From contig NC_069006.1 in NCBI RefSeq assembly GCF_001194135.2, forward strand, positions 26,096,782 to 26,160,781: a stretch of 64,000 bases of DNA, written 5' to 3'. Within the stretch, counting starts at the first letter, position 1; the number at the start of each line of letters is the position of its first letter. Made by a program: the position numbers and the translations under genes. The notes beneath the pieces are model-generated. The model saw nothing but the letters and a program-made list of their open reading frames with translations, had not been told where the DNA came from and did not search any database. Shown piece after piece: positions 1-12,407 of this stretch. The DNA is from Octopus bimaculoides (lineage: Eukaryota).

Positions 1-313
1 TTTAACACAGATTGGGTGGGTGGGAGTTTGTTTATTTATTTGTTCATTTATTAATCAGCAACAAGTTTTAACATTGGAAGTTTTATTAAAAGGGAGATTT
101 TTTTTTTTAGAAATGCTTTTTTGTGACAATTAAGAAAAACAAAAAATTTCTATTAGCAAAATGAACTCTTTAACATTTAAACTGGTCAGATCCGGCCTCT
201 CGTTCTTACCCTGCAATGTCATTCTAAGAATTAACAGTTACCTCATCAAAATCTCAAAGCTATGAGATAATGAATGATTAATTAAAAACAAGTGAAATTG
301 TGCCTGTTGGAGG

Positions 314-634
314 TGTCATACAAATGGCACTTGTGAAATTATAATTGTGACCATTGGCGGTAGCATGATCTTTGACTGGTGGGCATCACAGGGGTGAGGA
401 CAGGAGATGGAGACCATTTGCAAAATGCTGTGCTGGGAAGACTCATTAAGCCGAATGAAACCATAGTTGTGACTGTTGTCGGTTAGCCAAATGAAGTTGC
501 AGTTGAGGCCATTGCCGATGTCATGGAAATGGCATCCATGAAATCATAGTCGTGGCCATTGTCAGTGTTATGTGAATGGCACCTGTGAAATTGTCGTCAT
601 GACTGTTGCTGGTATCATGTAAATGGCACCCGTG
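314..634 (+). repeat. Degenerate 47-bp tandem repeat
   Basis: Units at 314-360, 519-565, 566-612 and a partial at 613-634 share TGTCAT...AATGGCAC..GTGAAAT....T.GTG.CCATTG; half-units lie between them. Confidence 0.7.
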
Positions 635-3600
635 CCGGTGGCACATAAAAGTACCCATTACACCAATCTATAATGTCCACAATGACCCTCTTACATTTCA
701 CCCGCAACTACACCTTCCTAATAAATTTTGCTCACATCAACAACAATAACACCTTTATTGGTGATTTTGATTTCACATTTCAACCTCCGCCTCCTCCACT
801 GCTCCTCCCCTCCAAAGATACTGGTCATAGTACAAACATCAGCCCATCTGTTGGCATTTATTGACCAAAAACTCAGCAGGTTTTAGCATTCGATCGAATA
901 TTAAAATCACAACAACAACCATAATAATAATAATAATAATAATAATATTTTAAAAAGGATTGACGTAACTCTTCACAAAGGTAAACAGTCAAGATGAAGG
1001 GCGCGATTCGACTGTAAGCTATTTTATTGGTTATAGAAAATCTATAGATTATCACTTCAAATGTGTGTGTGTGTGTGTGTGTGTGTAATAGAAACTACAA
1101 TTTGTGGTTTCTTAATGCCATTCTGCATTTGGCCTACAATCAAGATAACCATCTTTGAGACGATGTCGAAATTTTGAGTCTTCTACAAGCGATTCCACTC
1201 TGTTGTTCACCAAGTGAACAGAGAGATAATATCTCTTAAGACTGGTTTGTATTGTATAATGAGTTTTAATTACTCTGAATTGCTTAATTAGTATCTGCTT
1301 AGTGGTTAGAAGGAAGTGAATATGATAGGTGTGGGTTTGCGTGGTGGTAGTAGTGGTGGTGGTGGTGGTGGTGGTAGCAGTAGTAATTAGCCAAAGTAGG
1401 GTGACTTCCAATTGCTCTGAATAAATTAACTGAGATGCTATTAGACACATCTAAATGTCTAAACTAAACTGTTGACATAATAGGAGGGAAATTACTCAGG
1501 AATGCCATCTGTAGAGAGATATATAGTTAAGTGCATGCTAACATTTGCTGTTAGTGTGCCTTGTATTTTTTTAAAGATAATACATACAAAATGGGGGGGG
1601 GTGAGCTGTTTTATGTTCAGAGTGGCCAGATCCAGCCTCTCACACCTGCCCTGCAATGTCATTCTAAAAATAAACAGTTACATCATTGAAATCTCAAAAC
1701 TGTGAGATAATGCAAGATTAATTAAAAACAATGTGAATAAATAAGTTTTACATTTGAACGAGAAATCAGAATGCTAAAGGGATAAAAAAAAAAGATAAAT
1801 TTGTTGAAGAATTTTATGATACAATAAAAAAAATAAAAATTTAGTTAAAAATAAACCAGAATCTAGGGTCAGTCAGTTTCTAATTGAGCCGTTCCTTTCT
1901 GAAGTGTGTGTCACAATTGAATCCAGTTCTTTGAAATGGTAAAAATGAAAGGAATCCATTCAAGTGCTTTTAACAATAGCTGTTTGTAAATGTTAAGTAG
2001 CACCTGTTGTTTTTGTTGTTTTAATCTCATCATGATAAGAGAAACTTGGAGAATCATTTGAATCATTTCAAATGAGATTAAATGTTTTGCACTTCACACA
2101 TTCTCTATACATTATCAGGAAAAATACAGCAACTCAACACAATTAATCAATTGATTTTTACATGAATTTCATTTTAAAACTGTTTGATGCTTTGCAAAAT
2201 TATGCAATTAACCAAATAAAAAACAATTATCTGGTATGCAATTAAGTAGAGTCAAATGATATATGTACGGAGACATAAGCTTTTAACGGTTCCAGCCAGT
2301 GGACTGTTAACCACACTGGTTAGGTTTCAGGACCTCTTCACCTGCTAGAAATGGCAGCCAAATCTCCCTTATCTCTCTCTCTCTCGCTCTGACATACACA
2401 CACACACACACACATATAAAAGTAAGATTGGTCATGATTGGAACGCTTTTGATCATTGGTTGTTCAACCTTGCCTAAAATAGAGGCAATGGTCAAAGCTA
2501 AATACTAATGACTGTGTGTGTGTGTGTAAGCGTTTGTATGTATGTAAGTGGTGGTTATTTGTTAATTAGAACAGGGGGCTCCAACCACCAGAAAAAGCTT
2601 GGTGACTTCTGACTTAGAGAACCACTACCATGGCATACACAGTATGGTCATCTGGGTATTTTAGTGTCCAGGCAGTTCCTGTGTACCTGCTATTGTTTGA
2701 CCATAGGTCAGTTTCATCAAAGCAGACTTATGGTCAAACACATTCCATGTGTGACCAGAATACGAGGTGATTTGGCTGCTCTGCCTAGCAAGGCCAAGTG
2801 ACCTTGTAAGGTACAAAAACCATAACTGCAGTCCAAGGCCCAGTGAATGAAATGGAGTTTAGGAGACATACCATACTTGGGCTCCTGGTGACAATACATC
2901 TTGCTTGTATTTAATGGTTTAGAAAAAGGGCTTGGAAGAAGTAATACACCCCCCCCCCCCATCCTGCATCATCTTAAGGTATGGATACACTGGACAGTTG
3001 TTGCCACAGGTCCAAGGACACCACAAATCTAAGCGCCAATTCTGATCTATGTATACCATGGTTTGCTATCAATAAATAAATACTAGAGGGCTCAGAGCAT
3101 TGATTTGCTTGGGAGCCTCGTGTGTCTCAGGGCCTAATCAGACCTATGTATGCTGTAATTTGTTGCCAATAAATAAATACTATAGGACTGAGTATATTGG
3201 GAACCTCACAGGTGTAGGGGCGTACTTCAAATCGATGAAGGGCCCAGTGCATTGAGTTGTCTGGAGGCCAATAATATGGCTAAGATGGCCCTAACCCCAT
3301 CCCTGATAAAACTCTCTCTGAGGATACCCTGCCTAATGCATTCTGAATACAGTACTTGGATCTGATGAAATGATTGTATAGGCTGGGCAGGCCATAATGT
3401 TGTTGTTATTTGTGTGTGTTTAATGGAGCCTGTGTGGGAGTGGTAGCGAGATATGCTTGATGTTTTGTATGTGTAGTTGTCTATCGGACGGCGGCGGTGG
3501 TGATGGTGGTGGTGGTGGTTGTAGTAGTAGTAGGCAACACCAGCAGTATATTACAGTCACTAAACTAAATTTGTCTACTCATTATTGACAATACAAAAGT

Positions 3601-4199
3601 CACTGGAAATATTTGGACAAGAAAAAAGAAAGACTACGGTTGACAGGAAGTAGATTCCACTTGTTAAACACTCAACATACGTATACATACCTATACACAC
3701 ACACACACACACACACAGAGACAGACGTCAGAATGACATATCTGTCGTGATCCTGAGAAACTGGCTTCTGAGCGCTCTTCTTCTTCTTCTTCAAATGGTG
3801 GTGGTTGTTGGTTCTTAAAGGAAATAATTATTAAAACATTGCAGTCGCTCATAAAAGCATGTCAAGTATTTCTCTACGATGTTATGAAGCTATTTGGCAA
3901 GGAAATCATCCAGCCCTTTATTATAACATTAGCAACCTGGACTTCGTAGCACTGGGTTCATTTATCGGATTTTCTTATTCGGGAAATTTTTACCGATTGC
4001 AAACAACAAGTCTTCGAGTTTGGTGACGTCCACAGGAACGTTACAAGGAAACACACACTCAAACGCATACACACTCTTCACACACACAACAAACACACAC
4101 ACGTGTTAGCAAGTTAATCGTCAGAAAACGTTTTGATCTTATAAGATTTTTGCTGGTTTCAAAACCTTTTCTTTTAATTCTCTTGTCTCTAATCTGAAC

Positions 4200-4233
<34 letters not shown>

Positions 4234-4319
4234 TGTATGATTAATGTAAACATTTAGGTGTGTAAACTGCGATTCGTAACAGCTGACTTGAAGAGGAAGT
4301 GTGTGCACACACATACATC

Positions 4320-4355
<36 letters not shown>

Positions 4356-4517
4356 CTGTTGCTCCTTCCAGCAGTTGTCATAAGAACTTGCAGCAGGTAA
4401 AACATTTGAAACTGGTCAAAACCACCGGTCCTTAACCGCTAATCAAGATCTTTCTAAACATATATACTTATGTAGATATAATATCTATATCTGTGTATAT
4501 ACTAATTGTATTTCGAC

Positions 4518-4696
4518 ATGTCTTTGGAGGACAAATATTTACCGGCCGAAACCTGGTCCCTGTCGTCGTCGTCCAGCGAGGACCTTCACGGCGCAGGCGA
4601 GGACGACGGCGGCGGCGGCGGCGCCGATCAGCGACGATCCAAAAAGAAAATGTCGCGGATTAAAAGACATTCGTCCCTCTTGAAGAAACTACTCAG
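4518..4696 (+). CDS. RAP1GAP: Probable first coding exon ([60 protein letters not shown])
   Basis: GC/CpG-rich, coding-like island; ATG at 4518; donor AG|GTAGGT at 4697. Phase 2 matches the exon at 34502. No family homology in this segment, so the link rests on phase and composition. Confidence 0.7.
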
Positions 4697-5196
4697 GTAG
4701 GTACCAATCCCAACCATGACCATCACCCCCCACCGACTACTATTTTTACAACTTTAATTTACTTCGAATAAGTTTCTTTTTTGTGACTTTCTACTTTCTC
4801 TTCGCCTCTCCACGTTTTATGACTAATTCATTCACCTGTCCAGGTGTACCCATGCTTTATTTCTCTCTCTCTCTCTCACGCACGCTGCTAAAAATAACAG
4901 CTAAATCTCCCTCGGATGATCTCACTGTACCGCCGTCAGTTAAGGACAGTTTCCAGCCCGTCGCTGAGGGGGTTCACTGGACGGCACTGTACCCAACGCT
5001 CCTCATTATTCAATGGTACACCCTTACATCTATTGTGATACACTGATTTCGAAACTCCGCAGCAAAGTCTGGGGACCGACCCGGACGGTTTCCATAATGT
5101 AGGCCTCAGTCCGACTCCCTCGCACAGTGGAGGCGCATGGAATGTCACTGTTGGAATGTCTTGCTTTGTTCGACCACGACTGACCTGGGGCTAAGC

Positions 5197-5246
<50 letters not shown>

Positions 5247-5827
5247 ATATATATATATATATAAATATATACATATATATATATATACATATGTAATATA
5301 TATAAAATCTTCCCTTTTAAGGTCACCATATTTCTTTCGCTTCCTTTTCCTCACTTTTCTTTTCCTTTAAAATAGATACGGTATGTTGACAAATATGTTG
5401 TGTCTATATAAGTATGTGTGTGTATAAAAAACACCGACATTGTGTGTTTAAATTCGTTCGTGTTTGTTATGATGTATATAAGTTGCCCACGCATAAACAT
5501 TCATTTCTAGTGTATAATGTGTTTAATACACGCATTCCTAATGCGTGTGTGTGTATACACATGCATATACATACGTGTGTGTGTATACACATGCATATAC
5601 ATACGTGTGTGTGTGTATATATATACATGCATACGCGTGTATGTGGATGTAATCTGTCAATTATGTAACCCTACAAGTCGTCTAAGAAAGTTCCACATTT
5701 TTATTTGTTCCATTTTGTCTGGATTTGTTTGGTTCAGGGTGTGTTTTGTTTGTTTTGTTTGTGTATGTGTGTGGTGCTTATTATGTGTATGCATGTATGT
5801 AATGTGTGTGTGTGTGTGTTGTTTGTC

Positions 5828-5868
<41 letters not shown>

Positions 5869-8800
5869 TCCCTTCTTTCTGTTATGTCCCACCAAAAGAA
5901 ATAAAACCAATTATTTTTCTCCCTCACACCTTAAAAGCCACGCTTCGCTGACCTTGAATCGATTTCAGCAAATAATATTTAACAAACAATATTAAAGAAA
6001 TGAAAAAAAGAAAGAGAGAGAAAGATGGGGGGAGGGGATACGTTTTACACAGGACTTCTGTTGATTCTTTTAAATTTTTGACGTGAATCAAAAATAAAAT
6101 ACAATTTTCTGATAAAACCAAAAATATTATNNNNNNNNNNNNNNNNNNNNNNNNNNNNNNNNNNNNNNNNNNNNNNNNNNNNNNNNNNNNNNNNNNNNNN
6201 NNNNNNNNNNNNNNNNNNNNNNNNNNNNNNNNNNNNNNNNNNNNNNNNNNNNNNNNNNNNNNNNNNNNNNNNNNNNNNNNNNNNNNNNNNNNNNNNNNNN
6301 NNNNNNNNNNNNNNNNNNNNNNNNNNNNNNNNNNNNNNNNNNNNNNNNNNNNNNNNNNNNNNNNNNNNNNNNNNNNNNNNNNNNNNNGTGAGCGCAAAAA
6401 GGCCGAGAGAGGATCTTTATCTGTATATTTACAACTTTCACATCCTCCTTGTTTGTCTTGACAAAGCGACTTGTTTAAATTGTATTTACAAAACATTATT
6501 CGTTGTATTCCTCTCCACCGTCCCCCCGCTCTGTCCCTCTTTTGTCAAAGCCTGAACTTCAAGCTGACCAACCAGCGTGCCTCCACGTAGTCATTTGATC
6601 TGCTAGAAATAACAGTCGAGTTTCCCTTAAATCACACTTTACTCTCAGTGTCAGATTTAGATGAAGAGAGATTCCATCTTAACGGTCTACGACAGTCTCA
6701 CAGCTATTAGCAGTTTAGCATTCAGCATATTCTGTCAAATGTTATGCTTATTTATTCACATTGTTCAATGTGACACAATATACTTAGCGCTCATCCTAAC
6801 TCAATAGATTGGCGTCACACATGTTCACTTTTATCTCTGAAAGATTACCAAGAATTATTATTAACTGGAAATTATCTTCCATTTTACAGTTTTTCATTTT
6901 ATTTTTATCTGTTCACTCAGGAAGAGGAGTTACGATAGCACTGTGGACCATTTTCGGTGGGGATGGGGGCAGATTTGGATATGATAAGAGGAAAGGGGGA
7001 AGTTTTTTGACCTGAATGTTTCCTAGAGAGTGGGCCTTGTTAAAGGCACCCAAGGCCCAGGAGGGGAGATGTCGTTGAATTGGGGGAACAGCTTGAGTCT
7101 TCCAAGAATCAGACCATCCCCTCTTACAATCTTCCTCACAGTTTCCCTCTACATGATTATAACTAACAAGGCATTGGTCAAATGAACCCTAACCCAAGGG
7201 GACACACAGGTTGAGATTGAACTCTAAATCCGGTGGCTGCAAAGGAAGCTCCTTAAATGCACAGCCCCGACATTTTAGTTGGCATTCCCTTGTTTGCGAC
7301 GACGAGGGTTCCAGTTGATCCAATCAATGGAACAGCCTGCTCATGAAATTAACATGCAAGTGGCTGAATACTCCACAGACACACATACCCTTAATGTAGT
7401 TCTTAGGGAGATTCAGTGAGACACAGCATGTGACAAGGCTTGTCCCTGTGAATTACAGGTACAACTCATTTTTGACAGCTGAGTAGACTGGAGCAGCGTG
7501 AAATAAAGGGTCTTGCTCAAGGACACAGTGCTTTGCTAGGAATTGAACTCATGACCTTGCAATTGTGAGTTGAATACCCCTAACCACTAAGCCATGCACC
7601 TTCACACTATATTTTAGTATAAACAATCTCGTTAGTCAGTTTGATTAATGACTGGTGATAATTAAGAGCATAGCTTTTTCAGACTCTACTTGAGAATCCT
7701 AAAATTTGTTATGGTTCTGTAAATAAAAACAGCAGAATGTGAAGTTATGGGCCNNNNNNNNNNAGAAAAATTGAAGAGGAAGAAGAGGAGTACAAGAGGT
7801 GGAAGTAATAAGTAAATTAAAACTGAATTATCCCCAAAGTAGAGGGTCGTAAAATGTTGTTTAGACACACATAAACAGACATTCCATTCTCGTTAGTTAA
7901 CGAGGTGGTTCTGTATGAGAATTTATTCTTATTTTCGTAACCACTTTTCAAAAATTGCTTGTATTTGTGGTTTGTTGTTTTAGATTTTGTTTAAGAATGG
8001 ATAATTGGTGCGCACATGTGAAAGTGCATCTCCCAGTGTGCACATTTGTATCTGGAGATGGCCAACACATCAAAAAGAAAAACAAACAAAAAAACCCAAA
8101 CAAACGAGTGTATTTAATTGTCCTGATTAGTATATCCACTAGATTCAATATGTAACAGGGTGTTCCTTTGTTTGGTGAATCATTTAGAGTTAATTACACC
8201 ACAATTAAATGGGCTGTCATTTCTGAATCCAAATAAATTTGTGTGTCTGACTCACTCTGGACTGTGAAAGAATTCATATTTTGCTGATGAATACGTTTTT
8301 TTTTTTGTCTTTTTTTTGTTATTTTATTCCTTTTAAAAATATATTTCATATATTTTTTAATGGTTTTTATAACTAGTAAATATTGCTGAATAAATTCTTT
8401 CTAAAGGCCGCTACAAGAAATGCATTTATGCATTTCTCCCAGCAATTATATCCACGTACACATGCATAATAAGAGTTTGGTTAATACTGAATTTTTCATA
8501 CCAATCTACCCAAAACTGCCTCTGGTTCTATGAATGCTCCAAAATATCTGCTTAATAATAACTAAGTTATTTTATTATGCATGAAGGTGCATGGTTCACC
8601 CCCAACATCACTTGACAACCAATGTTGGTGTGTTTACGTCCCCATAACTCCAGTTGTCTGCTGAGCAGAAATTAGTGTACTGACTGAGTACAAGATTACT
8701 CCGGATGATATGGAAGTGAGAAACCCTAAATGTGGAATGTGTGTGTGTTGGGATGAGGACCATAACCAGTTATTAGAATGTGCTGTGGCCATCATCACTT

Positions 8801-9985
8801 CCCTGGTTCACCACTAACTATTTTGTCTCAGGTCTTTCTTTCAAGAATGTTGACCTTCTTCAATAATTTTCCAACAATTCATCTGTTTCCTGCAGCTGTT
8901 CATGAACTAGATTAACCATGTTGATCTCAACAGTCCCTTGGAGGCCCGGCCATTAGCATAGTTTATTCCACTTATACATTGTCTTGCACCATTCCTTGGT
9001 CTCCAGCTGCACACATCTATCTTTTGAATTTACAAAAAAAAAAGAAAAGAAAAAAGGCGTCTACCACAGATGGACAAAGCTATTATGTAGCATACGACGA
9101 TGATGATGATGATGATGATGGGCCTTTCTACTATAGTCTCCAGGCCTGAAATTTTGTGGGAGGAGACTAGTCGATTACATTGACCCCAGTGTTTCACTGG
9201 TACTTAATTTATCTCATTCGAAGGTGGAACAGACTGTCATCTCTTCGGCCCCATGAAAGAGGGTTTGAGAGGCAAACATTATTCCAGTGACGAGGAAGTG
9301 AAAACTGTAGTGAATAAGTGGCTGAAAGAACAGTCAACAGAATTTGCAATATAATGAATATAAAATATCTATAGTAATGATTGATAATAATAATAATAAT
9401 AAAATTTACTTAATATATTAAATTTATATTCTATACATAAAGAATATACATCCCATGTGGTATATATATGTGGTGTGTGTAGAGATCACCTGTGATTGTA
9501 GGTGATAATTATTGGATTCTTACGGTACATGTGAGAAATGTGAGTTATCAGTTCTTCTGATAGTCATAACCTATTTTCTTGTAAAAGGAAATGTAGGTAA
9601 GACTGGTTTCTTGATAATGTCTTCTAACAGAATAGGGGGAAGTAGTTAGGGGTTAAGAAAGAACTAGTGGTACACCAAAAATAGTTGCTGTTCCCAAAGC
9701 CTTATTCTCTTATTATCTATAATATCTGATATCAAAGATGTACAACCGTTCTCATATTCACTCCACCCCTCATAAGATCCCTGTTTAAAATCCAATCTTT
9801 TATCTCTTAAGATGCAAACTATTCAACATTTTTCAGATTTTTCTCTCAGAAATAATGCCACGTAAGGAATTCATTCTTTGTTTTCTTTGATGTAAATCTA
9901 ATTTTTGCTTTGCACAACAATCTATTTATGTTGGACAAGAATTTCTAATAACACATATTCACACACGTATACATATATACATTCA

Positions 9986-10020
<35 letters not shown>

Positions 10021-11338
10021 GCATGCATTCAGTGAACTTATCTCATTGCTCTTCTTGGGTGGTAAATTTGAGCTGTTGCCAAGTGTGGCACTGTCAAGTA
10101 ACCCTTACGTGCCTCTTACAGATTTTTCTGTGCTGATTGAGTCTCACCTGAACCCTTAATAGAGTCCACACTCTGCATCTTTTGTTTTTGGAAGATAGGG
10201 CATCATTAAGCTTTAACTGCTTGGTCGTTGGGAACCCCTAGGAGAGACCCCCACTCTCTTGTCCACATTGAGATCAAGTCTCCAGTTGAAGGGTCACCCC
10301 TAAGTACCATGCTGGTGCAACACCAACAAGCATATTTATTCTGCTACTTTATTGGAGTTTATTTGTTGAACTGCTCAGTTAGGGAATATAAAAAGACATA
10401 ACACAAACACACACACACATACATATTTACACACACACACACACACATATATATATTTATACATAATTAGGATAAAGTCATTAATTAATGATTTATCCAG
10501 TGGCCAGTGTACAAAAAACCATATGGGTTAAATTATTTAAAGTATGGGATGAATATTTTTATAATTATATTTTTATATATTCATAATTATACTTTAAATA
10601 TTTATTTTTATTTTTATTTTTTATAATTATGCTATATGTATATCATCATCATTATCGTTTAATGCCTGTTTTCCATGCTGGCATGGGTTGGGCATTTTAA
10701 CAGGATCCAGCAAGCCACAGGACTGCACCAAGCTCCACTTTCTGCTCTTTGGCATGGTTTCTCTGGCTGGCTGCCCTTCCTGATGCCAACCACTTTACAG
10801 TGTGGACTGGGTGCGTTTTACATGACACCAGCACCTGTGAGAGGTCATCAAGTAGTTTATATCCCTGACCCTGCTGTGATGTGCCTAGATTTCTAATGAA
10901 CACTGTAACTAATCTATATATTTGTAGATATATGTGCACAGGCCATAGAGAAATCATATTTGATAATGGATATAAGACTGTTAATGTGAGGCCTTTTGTG
11001 TTGTTGAGTCATTCACCTTCCTCTGAGACTCCATAAAAACTGACTGCATTAGCACAGTTTAAAACACTACTGTCCATCCTACATTCTGAGCATTTCCACT
11101 CTTCTCCACCCCTATTTCTTATCCCTCTACAACTTGTTCTATGAAATAGGTGCAGGCATGGCTGTGCAGTTTAAGAGTTTACTTTTTTGCAGCCCCATGG
11201 TTTCGTGTTCAATTCCACTGCATGTCACATTGTGTCACTGACTTTTACTATACAGAAGCCCATTGTTTGTGTGTGTGTGTATACATATGTATGTATATAT
11301 GCTTTATGTATGTGTATGTATATATCTACACGTATGCA

Positions 11339-11372
<34 letters not shown>

Positions 11373-12363
11373 NNNNNNNNNNNNNNNNNNNNNNNNNNNN
11401 NNNNNNNNNNNNNNNNNNNNNNNNNNNNNNNNNNNNNNNNNNNNNNNNNNNNNNNNNNNNNNNNNNNNNNNNATATATATATATATATATACATATATAT
11501 ACATATATATACATGTGTGTGTGTGTGTGTGTATAGATGGGCAGTGTACAAAGTCAAAGCAAAACATTGTCTTTTATCTCCCTGTCTGATATTATGACAG
11601 CTACACACATCCACACATTCTCAGCTATTGTTTGCAATTACAAACATTTCCAAACTAGACTCTACACAACTCTCTTCTTCTCCTTCTTCTTCCTCCTCCT
11701 CTACCTGTTCTCAATATGATGCTTCCCTATACCATTTCACACACACACTGTTCACCACTTCCTTGTTATGCCAGAAAAAGGTGACTCACCATTCTTATAT
11801 TGCTTTGGATAATGACATATGGTGGAAATTGGGAAGGTTGAGGGGTTGAGCGATTTTGTTTTTTATTGCCAGAAGTTTTCTGTGGGGGATTGTTTTTGTT
11901 GTTGTTTTTGTATAATGAAATAAATAAATAAATAAATAAGGTGAGTGTTGTGAGATCAATGAAAACAGTGAATGGTGTGTGTGTGTGTGTGTGGATGTAA
12001 CAGGTTTCAAACCACTGCTGAAGGAATTAGTCACCTCTGCTTATTTTCATTCAAGATAACATATCTCTCCACTCACCCACCCACCCACCACTGCATGTAT
12101 ATATAGATAAACACACACACACACATACATAAACTCATACACGTCTGTCTGTATATATANNNNNNNNNNNNNNNNNNNNNNNNNNNNNNNNNNNNNNNNN
12201 NNNNNNNNNNNNNNNNNNNNNNNNNNNNNNNNNNNNNNNNNNNNNNNNNNNNNNNNNNNNNNNNNNNNNNNNNNNNNNNNNNNNNNNNNNNNNNNNNNNN
12301 NNNNNNNNNNNNNNNNNNNNNNNNNNNNNNNNNNNNNNNNNNNNNNNNNNNNNNNNNNNNNNN

Positions 12364-12407
<44 letters not shown>

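Noticed and set aside
1112-1450. 112-aa minus ORF
   Set aside because: It is partly a (ACC/ACT)n trinucleotide translation, and the remainder has no recognisable motif or splice context.
7540-7605. tRNA gene candidates (A/B-box-like heads here and at 26761, 33490, 39200, 57928)
   Set aside because: No complete cloverleaf, and each continues into a shared SINE body, so they are SINE heads.
7996-8155. [16 protein letters not shown]... with a phase-2 GTAACA donor as an alternative first exon
   Set aside because: The donor is weak, the A-rich middle is low-complexity, and there is no homology or promoter evidence.
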